Assembly: GCF_001194135.2 (NCBI RefSeq)
Contig: NC_068983.1
Coordinates: forward strand, 143,160,394 to 143,224,393
From: Octopus bimaculoides
Lineage: Eukaryota
Reading direction: 5' to 3'
DNA: 64,000 nucleotides
Position numbers and translations under genes: made by a program. The notes beneath the pieces were generated by a model. That model did no database searches. It worked only from the letters and a program-made list of their open reading frames with translations, and was not told the DNA's origin. Shown piece after piece: positions 1 through 13,299 of this stretch; the first letter of the stretch is position 1, and every line of letters starts with the position of its first letter.

Positions 1-36
<36 letters not shown>

Positions 37-38
37 GT
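1..38. repeat. (TA)n microsatellite at window start
   Basis: Direct reading of alternating TA. Confidence 0.9.
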
Positions 39-925
39 GTGTCTGTGCATGTATGTATTTGTACATATGTTTTGTGTGAGTGTGTAATATATATGTAAAA
101 ATACACACAAACATTGCATTACATTTCTGACTTTGGTGCTGTAATTCATTTTATTCATAACCTGGAACCTTCTTCATATCTCAGTGCCACAAAATGAATC
201 ATTTTCCAAACTGGTTTACCAAAATATTTTATCTTATTGAAATTTGTATTTGTTTGCCTGAGTTTGTTGGATTTTTTTTTCCAGTTTTTTTCCTCCTCCA
301 CAAAGAAATGCTTGATACACAAACTTTATGTATTTTGTTTTTATTTGGTTTTTATATTTTATTTTGTAACCTCAACAAATCTTTTGTACATTTTTGTATT
401 TACTGCTCAATATAAGTAAACAAAGGTACCTCCTATGCAATTTCAATGGTTTGTTTTTATTTCTTGTTTTGTTTTAATATAAATTCAAAAACACAGTTTT
501 TTAAGTTAAGAATATTATGCAAAAATGCATGTTTTCTCATCCTATTCTCATATGTGAAAAAAAAAAAAAAATGAAATTGATAAGCAAGATCCCCACTTTT
601 TTTACCTGGACCAGCCTTATAACACAACTGTTTTTGTGTAAATACTACAAAAGCAAAAAAAGACCAATTTCTTTGAGAATACAAGTCCTCTGCTTAAAGC
701 ACTCCTGGACAAAGTGATGGTGTTAAACCAGGCAGAGTCTAAACAAATGTAAAGATTTAATATTTAGTAATGTGACACTTATAATGATGATAATTCTTTC
801 TACTATATGTACAAGGTCTGAATTTTGTAAGAGGGGTCTAGTTGATTGCATTGAATCATTAAAGCATTTTGTTTCATGCTTTAATGATTCTGCCAATTCA
901 CTGCTCTTAAGTCATATTATTAATA

Positions 926-1120
926 ATAATGATGGTTTTAAACTTTGGCACACAGTCAGCAATTTTAGGGCATGGGATAGTTGATACTAGTACTTTATAT
1001 TAACTCTGGAGGAGAGATGAAAGGTAAAATTGATCCCGACAGAATTCAAACTCAGAACGCAATGAATCAGAAGAAATATTGCTAAGCACTTTGTCCAATG
1101 TACCAACGATTCTGTTAGCT
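926..1120 (-). mobile_element. Degenerate tRNA-derived SINE (family A)
   Basis: Reverse complement resembles the young copies at 12497 and 19017 (GTTCTGAGTTTGAATTC B-box region, TTTCATC core). Confidence 0.7.
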
Positions 1121-1126
1121 CTCTAT

Positions 1127-1898
1127 ATAATAATAATGAAATTATTGTATACAGTGCTCAGGTGCACTACAACTTGTCAAAAGTGCACATAAAGCATATG
1201 CAGTAATGTACAAATGTCTGGAAAGTGAAGAGTGTTTGAGTCAGATACATGCTTGCATGTATATGGAGGGGAGAAAATCAGGTGTCGTGTTGGTGAATCT
1301 CAGGAAGCATGGAAATTTTGAAGGATGCAGTGCTCCGACAACTAACAATTGATGCTGGCAGTTTGTTCCATACTTCAGCAACTCTAAGCATGAAAAAATG
1401 TTTCCGAAAGTCATGGGAGCTGTGCTGTTTTCTGACTTTGTAAACATGTCCACAAGCGTTTGAAAAGGTGCTCAGAGTTATTGTTAGTAAGATGGTTAAT
1501 GATTTTATGAGTGTCTGCCAAGTAAGTTGCCAGACATCCATACCCAGGGAAGTAAGGCGTTCAGATTATGGTAAATGCCTGATGGAGGGTATTCTCTTGG
1601 CTGCACATCGCTGAACGGTTTCCAGACGATTAATATCCTGGGCAAGACAGGATTCCAAACCGGAGACACAAATTCCAGGTGAGGCTGCACCATAGCTATA
1701 TAAAGCCTCAGATAGATAACCGGAGAGCAGCTCACAAAGGACTTGGTAAGTGATGCGAAGATACCCTCAGCCTTCTTGGCAATTTTAAGCAATGTGTTTT
1801 GTCCAATGCAAATCGCTGTCAACAATAATGCCCAGGTCATGTTCACAAGAAGACTATTTGAGATTAGTGTTGGAGGGAGTAAACAGACGCTGGGTTTA
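1127..1898 (-). mobile_element. CR1-like LINE, 3' fragment (RT C-terminal region and 3' tail), frameshifted
   Basis: Track ORFs contain IAKKAEGIFASLTKSF..LYIAMVQPHLEFVSPVWNP and GHVYKVRKQHSSHDFRKHFFMLRVAEVWNKLP, typical of the CR1-clade ORF2 end; short (ATT)n tail at ~1127-1136. Confidence 0.85.
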
Positions 1899-4800
1899 AA
1901 TGGTTTCAAATTTTGGCACTTCATTTTATTGACGTCAAAAGGATGAAAGCCAAAGTCAACCTTGGTGAGATTTGAACTCAGAACATAAAGAGTTAGAAGA
2001 AATACTGTTAGCATTTTGTCTGACATGCTAATAATTCCGTCAGTTTGCAGCTTTAATAAAAATCCTTTCTACTATAGGCACAAGACATATGGACACCAGT
2101 GCTCAACTGGTACTTATTTTACTGACACTGAAAGGCAAAGTCAACCTTGGTGAGATTTCAACTCAGAATATAAAGAGTTGGAAGAAATACTGTTAGCATT
2201 TTGTCTGACATGCTAATAATTCCATCAGTTTGCTACTTTAATAAAAATCCTTTCTACTATAGGCACAAGGCCTCTGGACCCCAGTGCTCAACCGGTACTT
2301 ATTTTACTGACCCTGAAAGGCAAAGTCAGCCTTAGTGAGATTTGAACTCAGAACATAACCAGTTGGAAGAAATACTGTTAGCATTTTGTCTGACATGCTA
2401 ATAATACCGTCAGTTTGCTGCTTTAATAAAAATTCTTTCTACTATAGGCACAAGGCCTATGGACTGAGTGCACAACTGGTACATGCTAGCAATTCCGTCA
2501 GTTTGCTGCTTTAATAAAAATCCTTTCTACCATAGGCACAAGGCCTATCGTTCCCAGTACTCAACTGCTACTTATTTTACTGACCCTGAAAGCAAAGACG
2601 ACCTTGGTGAGATTTGAATTCAGAACATACAGAGTTGGAAGAAATACAGTTAGCATTTTGTCTGATGAGCTAATAATTCCGTCAGTTTGCTGCTTTAATA
2701 AAAATCNNNNNNNNNNATTCCGTCAGTTTGCTGCTTTAATAAAAATCCTTTCTACCATAGGCACAAGGCCTATCGTTCCCAGTACTCAACTGCTACTTAT
2801 TTTACTGACCCTGAAAGGCAAAGTCAACCTTGGTGAGATTTGAGGTCAGAACATAAAGATTTGAACGATATACTGTTAACATTTTGTATGACATGTTAAT
2901 AATTCCATCAGTTTGCTGCTGTAATAAAAATCATTGGTACAATAGGCACAAGGCCTATCGACCCCCACCCTCCTGTGCAAAACCAGTACATGCTAATAAT
3001 TCTGTCAGTTTGCTGCTTTAATACAAATACTTTCTACTATAGGCACAAGGCCTGTCGACACCAGTAATCCACCAGTACTTATTTTACTGAACCAGAAAGG
3101 CAAAGTCAACCTTGGTGAAATTTGAAATCAGAACATAAAGAGTTGGAAGAAATACTGTTAACATTTTGTCTGACATGCTAATAATTCCGTCAGTGTGCTG
3201 CTTTAATAAAAATCATTTTTACTATAGGCACAAGGTCGATCGCCNNNNNNNNNNNGTGCACAACCGGTACATGCTAATAATTCATTCAGTTTGCTGCTTT
3301 AATAGAAATCCTTTCTAGTATAGACACAAGGCCTATCGACCCCAGTGCTCAAACGGTAATTATTTTACTGACCCTGAAAGGCAAAGTCAACCTTGGTGAG
3401 ATTTCAACTCAGAACATAAAGAGTTGGAAGAAATACTGTTAACATTTTTTCTGACATGCCAATAATTCCGTCAGTTTGCTACGTTAATAAAAATCATTTC
3501 TACTATAGGCACAAGACCTAACGACCCCTGTGCACAACCGGTACATGCTAATAATTCGGTCAGTTTGCTGCTTTGATAAAAATACTTTCTACTATAGGCA
3601 CAAGTCCTATCGGCCATAGTACGGATTTTACTGAATCTGAAAGGCAAAGTCAACCTTGGTGAGATTTGAACGCAGAACATAAAGAGTCGTAAGATAAACT
3701 GTTAACATTTTCTCTGACATGCTCAAAATTCAGTCAGTTTGCTGCTTTAATAAAAATCATTTCTATTATAGGCACAAGGCCAATCGACTCCAGTGCACAA
3801 CCAGTACATGCTAATAATTCCTTCAGTTTGCTGCTTTAATAGAAATCCTTTCTAGTATAGGCACAAGGCCTATCGACCCCAGTGCTCAAATGGTAATTAT
3901 TTTACTGACCCTCAAAGGCAAAGTCAACCTTGGTGAGATTTCAACTCAGAACATAAGAGTTGGAAGAAATACTGTTAGAATTTTGTCTGATATGCTAATA
4001 ATTCTGTCAATTTGCTGCTTCAATATAAATCCTTTCTAATATAGGCACAAGGCCTATCGATTCCAGTCCACAACCGGTACTTATTTTACTGACCCTGAAA
4101 GGCAAAGTCAACCTTGGTGAGATTTGAACTCAGAACACAAAGAGTTGGAAGAAATACTGTTAGCATTTTGTCTGACATACTACTAATTCCGTCAGTTTGC
4201 TGCTTTTATAAATATCTTTTCTACTATAGGCACAATGCCTATCGACCCCAGTGCACAACGGGTACATGCTAATAATTCAGTCAGTTTGCTGCTTTAATAT
4301 AAATCCTTTCTACTATAGGCACAAGGCCTAACTACCCCCAAGACAACCTCGGTGAGATTTGAACTCAGAACATAAAGTGTTGGAAGAAATAAGCAACCGG
4401 TACTTATTTTACTGACCCTGAAGACAAAGTCAACCTTTGTCAGATTTGAACTCACAACATACAGAGTTGGAAGATATACTCTTAGCATGTTGTATGACAT
4501 GCTAATTATTCCTGTTTTTGCTGCTTTAACAGACATCGTTTCTACTATAGGCTAATAATTCCGCCGGTACTTATTTTACTGACCCTGAAAGGCAAAGTCA
4601 ACCTTGATGAGATTTGAACTCAGAACATACAGATTTGGAAGAAATACTGTTAGCATTTTGTCTGACATGCTAATAATTCCGTCAGTTTGCTGCTTTAATA
4701 AATATCTTTTCTACGACAGGCACAAGACCTATCAACACCCAGTGCTCCACCGATACTTATTTTACAGACCATGAAAGGCAAAGTCGACTTTGTTGAGTTT

Positions 4801-7800
4801 TGAACTCAGAACATAAAGAGTTGGAAGAAATACGGTTAGCATTTTGTCTGACAGAAGGGCTATCGACCCCACTACTCAACCGGTACTTATTTTACTGGAG
4901 CTATAGGCAAAGTCAACCTTGGTGAGATTTGAGCTTAGAATATAAAGAGTTGGAAGAAATATTGCTAGAATTTTGTCTGACATGCTAATAATTCCGTGAG
5001 TTTGCTGCTTTAATAAAAACCCTTTCTACTATGGGCACAAGTCCTATCGACTCCCAGTGCTCAACCGGTACTTATTTTACTGACACTGAAAGGCAGAGTC
5101 AACCTTGGGGAGATTTGAACTCAGAACATAAAGAGCTGGAAGAAATACTGTTAGCATTTTGTCTGACATGCTAATAATTCAGTCAGTTTGCTGCTTTCAT
5201 AAAAATCCTTTCTACTCTAGGCACAAGGTCTATCGACCACCATGCACGACCGGTACATGGTAATAATTCTGTCAGTTTGCTCCTTTAATAAAAATCCTTT
5301 CAATATTGGCACAAGGCCTATCGAACACAGTGCTCAACTGGTACTTATTTTACTGACCTGAAAGACAAAGTCAAACTTGTTTCAGTTTTGAACTCAAAAC
5401 ATATAGATTTGGAAGAAATACTGTTAGCATTCTAACTGATATTCTAATAATTCCGTCAGTTTGCAGCTTTAATAAAAATCGTTTCTACTATAGGCACAAC
5501 TCCTTTCAACCATCAGTATTCAACCGGTAATTATTTTACTGAACCTGAAATGCAAAGTCAACCTCGTTGAGATTTGAGCTTACAATATAAAGAGTTGGAA
5601 GAAATATCGCTAGAATTTTGTTTGACATGCTAATAATTCAGTGAGTTTGCTGCTTGAATAAAAATCCTTTCTTCTATAGGCACAAGACCTATCGACAACC
5701 AGTGCTCAACCGGTACTTATTTTACTCACACTGAAAGGACTAGTACATAGAGAATTGGAAGAAATATTGTTACCATTTTGTCTGACATGCTAATAAATTC
5801 GTCAGTTTGCTGCTTTAATAAATATCATTTCTACTATAGGCACAAGGCCTATCGACCCCCCCCCCCCNNNNNNNNNNNNNNNCCCCCCAGTGTTCCACTG
5901 ATACTTATTTTACTGTCCATGAAAGGCAAAGTCAACTTTGTTGAAATTTGAACTCAGACAATGAAGACCTGGAAGAGATACTGTTAGCATTTTGTCTGAC
6001 ATGCTAATAATTCAGTCTGTTTGCCGCTTTAATAAAAATCGTTTCTTCTATAGGCACAAGCCCTTTCGACCCACACGGCTTCACCGATAAATATTTTACT
6101 GACCATGAAAGGCAAAGTCAACCTTGTTGAGTTTTGAACTCAGGGCATAAAGAGTTGGAAGAAATACGGTTAGCATTTTGTCTGATATGCTAATAATTCC
6201 ATCAGTTTGCTGCTTTAATAAAAATCCTTTCTTTTATAGGCACAACGCCTATCGACCGCAGTACTCAACCGGTACTTATTTTAATGACCCTGAAAGGCAA
6301 AATCAAGCTTGGTGAGATTTGAACTCAGAACATAAACAGCTGGAAGAAATACTGTTAGTATTTTGCCTGATATGCTAATAATTCCGTCACGTTGCTGCAT
6401 TAATAAATATCCTTTCTACTATAGGCACAAAGCCTATCGACCCCATTGCACAACCGGTACATGCTAATATTTCCGTCAGTTTGCTGCTTTAATAAAAATC
6501 CTTTCTAATATTGACACAACGCCTATCGAACCCACCTGAAAGACAAATTCAAACTTGTTTGAGTTTTGAACTCAGAACATAAAGATTTGGAAGTAATAAT
6601 GTTAGCATTTTGCCTGATATGCTAATAATTCCGTCAGTTTGCAGCTTAACTAAAAATCGTTTCTACTATAGGCACAAGTCCTATCAACCCCCTGTACTCA
6701 ACAGGTACTTATTTTACTGACCCTGAAAGGCAAAGTAAAACTTGTTAATATTTGAGCTTTGAGTATAAAGAGTTGCAAGAAATACTGCTAGAATTTTGAC
6801 TGACATGCTAATAATTCCGTCAATTTGCTGCTTTAATAAAATCGTTTCTACTATAGGCACAAGACCTATCGTGCTCAGAACTCAACCGGTAATTATTTTA
6901 CTGGCCTTGAAAGGCAAAGTCAAACCTGGTCAGATTTGAACTCAGAATATAAAGAGTTGGAAGAAATACTGTAAGCATTTTCTCTGACATGATAATAATT
7001 CCGTCAGCTTGCTGCTTTAATAAAAATGCTTTCTACTATAGGCAAAAAGCCTATCGACCCCAGTGCACAACCGGTACATGCTAATAATTCCGTCAGTTTG
7101 CTGCTTTAATAAAAATCCTTTCTTTTATAGGCACAAGTCCTATCGACCCCCCAGTGATCCCTCGGTACTTATTTTACTGACCCTGAAAGGCAAAGTCAAC
7201 CTTGGTGAGATTTGAACTCAGAAGATACAGAGTTAGAAGATATACTGTTAACATTTTGTCTGACATGCAATTTATTCCGTCAGTTTGCTGCTATAATAAA
7301 GATCGTTTCTACTATAGGCACAATTCCTATCGACCCCAGTGCACAACCGGTACATGCTAATAGTTCCGCCGTCAGACAAAATGCTAATATTATTTATTCC
7401 AACTCTTTATGATCTGAGTTCAGATCTCACCAAGGTTGACTTCGCCTTCCATGCTCAGTAAAAAAAGTACCGATGGATCACTGGGATCGATAGCATTTGT
7501 GCCTATAAAAGAAAGGATTTTTATTAAAGCAGCAAAAACAGGAATAATTTGCATGTCATACAACATGCTAACAGTATATCTTCCAAATCTGTATGTTCTG
7601 AGTTCAAATCTCACAAAGGTTGACTTTGTCTTCCAGGGCCAGTAAAATAAGTACCGGTTGAGTACTTGTGTCGATAGGCCTTGTGCCTATAAAAAAAAAG
7701 GATTTTTAATAAAGCAGCAAACTGACGGAATTATTAGCATGTAAGACAAAATGCTAACAGTGATTCTTCTAACTTTTTGTGTTCTGAGTTCAAATCTCAC

Positions 7801-10800
7801 CAAGGTTGAATTTGCCTTTCAGGGCCAGTAAAATAAGTAGCGGTTGAGTACTTGTGTCGATAGGACTTGTGCCAATATTAGAAAGGATTTTTATTAAAGC
7901 AGCAAACTGACGGAATTATTAGCATGTCAGACAACGTGCTAATATTATTTATTTCAATTCTTTATGTTCTGCGTTCAAATCTCACTAAGGTTGACTTTGC
8001 CTTTCAGGGTTAGTAAAATAAGTACCGGCGGAACTATTAGCATGTACCGGTTGTGCACTGGGGTCGATAGGAATTGTGCCTATAGTAGAAACGATCTTTA
8101 TTAAAGCAGCAAACTGACTGAATAATTAGCATGTCAGACAAAATGCTAACAGTATATCTTGCAACTCTGTATCTTCTGAGTTCAATTCTCACCAAGGTTG
8201 ACTTTGCCTTTCAGGGTCAGGAAAATGAGTACCAGTGGAACACTGGGGTCGATAGCATTTGTGCCTATAAAAGAAAGGATTTTTATTAAAGCAGCAAAAA
8301 AAGGAATAATTAGCATGTCATACAACATGCTAACAGTATATCTTCCAACTCTGTATGTCCTGAGTTCAAATCTCACAAAGGTTGACTTTGTCTTCCAGGG
8401 TCAGTAAAATAAGTACAGGTTGCTTACTGGGTTCGATAGGACTTGTGCCAGTAGTAGAAACGATTTTTATTAAAGTAGCAAAATAAAGAAATTATTAGCA
8501 TGTGAGACAACATGATAATATTATTTATTCTAACTCTGTATGTTCTGAGTTCAAAACTCTTCATGGGTTACTTTGCTTTTGAAGGTCAGTAAAATAAGTA
8601 CCGGTTGCGTACTGGTGTCGATAGGACTTGTGCCAATATTAGATAGGATTTTTATTAAAGCAACAAACTGAGAGAATTATTAGCATGTCAGACAACATGG
8701 TAACATTATTTATTTCAATTCTTTATGTTCTGCGTTCAAATCTCACTAAGGTTGACTTTGCCTTTCAGGGTCAGTAAAATAAGTACCGGCGGATCACTGG
8801 GGTCGATAGGCCTTGTGCCTATAAAAGAAAGGATTTTTAATAAAGGAGCAAACTGACTGAATTATTAGCATGTCAGAGAAAATGCTAACGGTATTTCTTC
8901 CAACTCTATCTGTTCTGAGTTCAAATCTCACCAAGGTTGACTTTGCCTTTCAGGGTCAGTAAAATAAGTACCGGCGGATCACTGGGGTCGTTAGGCCTTG
9001 TGCCTATAAAAGAAAGGATTTTTATTAAAGCAGCAAACTGACAGAATAATTAGCATATCAGACAAAATGCTAACAGTATATCTTCCAACTCTGTATGTTC
9101 TGAATTCAAATCTCACAAAGGTTGACTTTGCCTTCCAGGGTCAGTAAAATAGTAACGGTTCCGTACTGGGTTCGATAGGACTTGTGCCTACAGTAGAAAC
9201 TATTTTTATTAAAGCAGCAAACTGAAGGATATACTGTTAGCATTTTGTCTGACATGCTAATTATTCTGTCAGATTGCTGCTTTAATAAAAATCCTTTCTT
9301 TTATAGGCACAAGGCCTATCGAACCCAGTGATCCACTGGTACTTATTTTGCTGACCCTGAAAGCCAAAGTCAAACTTGGTGAGATTTGAACTCAGAACAT
9401 AAAGAGTTGGAAGAAATACTGTTAGCATTTTGTCTCACATGTTAATAATTCCTTCAGTTTGCTGCTTTAACAAACATCGTTTCTACTATAGGCACAAGTC
9501 CTATCGACTCCAGTGCACAACCGGTACATGCTAATAATTCCTTCAGTTTGCTGCTTTAATAAAAATCATTTCTACTATAGGCACAAGTCCTATCGAACTC
9601 AGTACGCAACCGGTACTTATTTTATTGACCCTGGAATGCAAAGTCAACCTTTGTGAGATTTCAATTCAGAACATATAGAGTTGGAAGATATACTGTTAGC
9701 ATTTTCCCTGACAAGCTAATTATTCTGTCAGTTTGCTGCTTTAATAAAAATCCTTTCTTTTATAGGCACAAGGCCTATTGACCCCCCCAGTGATCCGCCG
9801 TTACTTATTTTACTGACCCTGAAAGGCAAAGTCAACCTTGGTGAGATTTGAACTCAGAACATAAAGGATTGAAATAAATAATATTACCATGTTGTCTGAC
9901 ATGCTAATAATTCCGTCGGTTTGCTGCTTTAATAAAAATCCTTTCTAATATTGGCACAAGGCCTATCGAGACAAGTACTCAACCGGTACTTATTTTACTG
10001 GCCCTGAAACGCAAAATCAACCTTGGTGAGGTTTGAACTCAGAATTTAAAGAGCTGTAAGAAATACTGTTAATATTTTGTCTGACATGCTAATAATTCCG
10101 TCAGTTTGCTGCTTTAATAAAAATCCTTTCTACCATAGTAACAATTACTATGGAACCCAGTGCACAACCGGTACATGCTAATAATTCCGTCAGTTTGCTG
10201 CTTTAATAAAAATCCTATCTAATATTGGCACAAGTCCTATCGACTCCAGTACGCATCCGGTCCTTATTTTACTGACCCTGAAATGCAAAGTCAACCATGG
10301 AGAGTTTTGAACTCAGAACACAATGAGTTGGAATAAATAATATTAGCATGTTGTCTGACATGCTAATAATTCCTTCAGTTTGCTGCTTTAATAAAAATAG
10401 TTTCTACTGTAGGCACAAGTCCTATCGAACCCAGTACGGAACCGTTACTATTTTACTGACCCTGGAAGGCAAAGCCAACCTTTGTGAGATTTGAATTCAG
10501 AACATACAGAGTTGGAAGATATACTGTTAGCATTTTGTCTGACATGCTAATTATTATGTCAGTTTGCTCCTTTATTAAAAATACTTTCTTTTATAGGCAC
10601 AAGGCCTATCGACTCCAGTGATCCGCAGGTACTTATTTTACTGACCCTGAAAGGCAAAGTTGCCCATTGAGGGTATTGAACTCAGAACATAAAGATTTGG
10701 AATAATTAATATTAGCATGTCGTCTGACATGCTAATAATTCCGTCTTTTGCTGCTTTAATAAAAATCGTTTCTATTATAGGGAGAAGTCCTATCGACTCC

Positions 10801-11649
10801 AATACGCAACCGGTCCTTATTTTACTGACCCTGAAAGGCAAAGTCACCCATGGAGGGTTTTGAACTCATAACACAAAGAGTTGGAATAAATAATATCAGC
10901 ATGTTGTCTGACATGCTAATAATTCCTTCAGTTTGCTGCTTTAATAAAAATCGTTTCTACTATAGGCACAAGCCCTATCGAATCCAGTACGCAACCCTGG
11001 AAGGCAAAGTCAACATTTGTGTGATTTGAACTCGGAACTTACAGAGTTGGAAGATATACTGTTAGCATTTTGTGTGACATGCTAATTATTCCGTCAGTTT
11101 GCTGCTTTAATAAAAATTCTTTCTTTTATAGGCACAAGGCCTATCGACTCCCCAGTACGCAACCGGTACTTATTTTACTGACCCTGGAAAGCAGAGTCAA
11201 CCTTGGTGAGATTTGAACTAAGAACATAAAGAGTTGGCAGAAATACTGTTAGCATTTTTTCTGACATGCTAATTATTCCGTCAGTTTGCTGCTTTAATAA
11301 AAATCCTTTCTACTATAGGCACAAGGCCTATCGACCCCAGTGCTCCACCGGTACTTATTTTACTTACCCTGAAAGGCAAAGTTAACCTTGGAGAGATTTG
11401 AACTCAGAACATAAACCGTTGGAATTAATAATATTAGCATGTTGTTTGACATGCTAATAATTCCGTCAATTTGCTTATTTAATAAAAATCCTTTCTACTA
11501 TTGGCACACGTCCTATCGACCCCAGTACTCAACTGGTACTTATTTTACTGACCCTGAAAGGCAAAGTTGATCTTGGTGAAATTTGAACATACATTGTATA
11601 GCTGGAAGAAATACCACTAAGCACTAAGTATTCTGCCAGCTTACCACCT
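1899..11649. repeat. SINE-derived tandem satellite array; ~185-bp monomers interspersed with ~88-bp deletion monomers
   Basis: The marker AATCC/AATTC recurs at 2061, 2246, 2431 (185-bp period) and then 2519 (88 bp). The monomer reverse complement aligns along its length with SINE family A (19017-19225). Three small N-gaps lie inside the array. Confidence 0.92.
7371..9228 (+). repeat. Inverted block of satellite monomers (SINE-sense on + strand; flanking monomers are SINE-sense on - strand)
   Basis: Orientation flips at ...TAGTTCCGCC|GTCAGACAAAATG (7370/7371) and flips back at ...ACTGAAGGA|TATACTGTTAG (~9229). Confidence 0.85.
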
Positions 11650-11737
11650 GAATAATAAGCTAGGATATTATTGGGCAAAAAAAATCACTGATCAAAAATG
11701 TATAAATATGTACCAAACATAGTACATTGCAACAACC

Positions 11738-12075
11738 TAACTGGACTTTTCAGACCAACAAGAACAAGGCAAACAACGTACTTACAATAATCAAGGACTG
11801 GAAAGATAACATGTCAAGCTGATAGACATGATGTTTCCTGCTGGTCAAAACATTGAGCATGAAAGATGTAGAGAATCTCTCTAAATACAAGGATTTTGAA
11901 TTTAAATAAACAAAAAAACAAGATGTAGTGATATCAAATAAAAACTGCACTAGTAATAACTGGAGCCTTTGACTTGATAAAAAAAGATATGGCCCATAGT
12001 AGGGTTTCACAACATTACACACTGCCTCAAAAATAGATACATCCCACTTTCTGTGTTAGATACTTTCTATTCAAT
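11738..12075 (+). mobile_element. Non-LTR retrotransposon remnant, restriction-like endonuclease (RLE) C-terminus, R4/Dong-like
   Basis: Frameshifted translation gives ..IIKDWKDN..LIDMMFPAGQNI..KDVENLSKYKDFE.., matching the PD-(D/E)xK RLE pattern; a CA-rich 3' UTR-like sequence follows. Confidence 0.62.
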
Positions 12076-12224
12076 TATACAATTTGTTGTGCACATTCTC
12101 TGCACACAACACTCTACACATTAACCACACAAAATAACTCACAAAAAACATACTCTATACAACCAACCAACACTCAATAAAATAACACAACACACTCCTG
12201 TGTAACTGATACAAGACATTATAA

Positions 12225-12400
12225 TGGTTTCAAATTTGAACACAAGGCCAATAATTTTAGAGAGAGGGTTTAGTCATGGTACCTTATTTTATCAACTCTG
12301 AAAGGATGAAAAGCAAAGTTGATCTTGGAGGGATTTGAACTCAGAACGTTATGCAGGAACTATGCACTAACAATTCTGCTGGCTCTCCACCCAAATACAA
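12225..12400 (-). mobile_element. Degenerate SINE family A
   Basis: GGATGAAAAGCAAAGTTGATCTTGGAGGGATTTGAACTCAGAACG core in reverse orientation. Confidence 0.7.
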
Positions 12401-12496
12401 GACACAACAACTCACATAGCTCTCAACACAGCTGCAACTATTAATGCTACACAAACCATAGTAAGCATTAAAACTGCCAGAAACACTTTCATTTCA

Positions 12497-12726
12497 GGCG
12501 GCGAGCTGGCAGAAACGTTAGCACGCCGGGCGAAATGCCTAGCGGTATTTCATCTGCCGTTACGTTCTGAGTTCAAATTCCACTGAGGTTGACTTTGCTT
12601 TTATCCTTTCAGGGTTGATAAATTAAGTACCAGTTATGCACTGAGGTCGATGTAATCGACTTAATCCCTTTGTCTGTCCTTGTTTGTCCCCTCTATGTTT
12701 AGCCCCTTGTGGGCAATAAAGAAATA
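12497..12726 (+). mobile_element. Young full-length tRNA-derived SINE family A (tail type 1) with 16-bp TSD
   Basis: CpG-rich head GGCGGCGAGCTGGCAGAAACGTTAGCACGCCGGGCG and B-box GAGTTCAAATTCC; TSD AGAAACACTTTCATTT at 12479-12494 and 12727-12742. Confidence 0.92.
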
Positions 12727-12796
12727 AGAAACACTTTCATTTATTCTCCTCAAAAACACATATACCTCAGACAAGATAAATGCATTTATTTTCAAG

Positions 12797-12821
12797 ATGG
12801 CCTTGAAAGGAAATGCTGAAG
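12797..12821 (+). CDS. Candidate micro-exon (MALKGNAE+G, phase 0 to 1); product unknown
   Basis: Acceptor ttattttcaag and consensus donor GAAG|GTAAGT; only the ATG frame is open. It may lie within the 3' UTR of the upstream RLE element, so it could be a chance signal. Confidence 0.18.
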
Positions 12822-13299
12822 GTAAGTTATACAACTATCATATTTGAAAGTTTATGGCAGAGAAAAAAACAAAACAATGAATCCTGTAATGTTTGATATG
12901 CAGGTGAATGTCCACCAGGATTCAGGTCTCTCCTATAAATTTTAGTTCGCATTAATTTTTTTTTTTTCCACATTAGTTCTCTAGAATATAAGACTGGCTA
13001 TCCATGGCAGCTTTGTGTAACTATAACGTAGTTTTCAATTGAATTTACCAAAAATTTAGGACAGAAATTCCAAACATGGATGTAAAGCTAAAGTAAATCT
13101 AGCAAAGGCAAAGATTTAGTCAATAGAAAAGAAGACAAATAGCCATATTATTATAAATAGCCATATTATTAAGAAAAGGAGTAGGAAGAAATTCTGTATG
13201 CTGTACAAAATGTAAACTGTTGGTGCATTTAAGGTGTGGTGGGATTATAGGTTAGGGTTACAGAGGATAGAGACTTCATATATGGCAGATGCACAGGAA

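Noticed and set aside
606-644. 39-nt minus-strand micro-exon candidate (tttgtag ... CCAG|GTAAAA)
   Set aside because: Splice signals are plausible, but there is no homology and no linked partner exon, so it cannot be distinguished from chance.
1899-11649. CRISPR-like appearance of the regular array
   Set aside because: There are no unique spacers; whole units are mutually homologous and SINE-derived; the context is eukaryotic and no cas genes are present.
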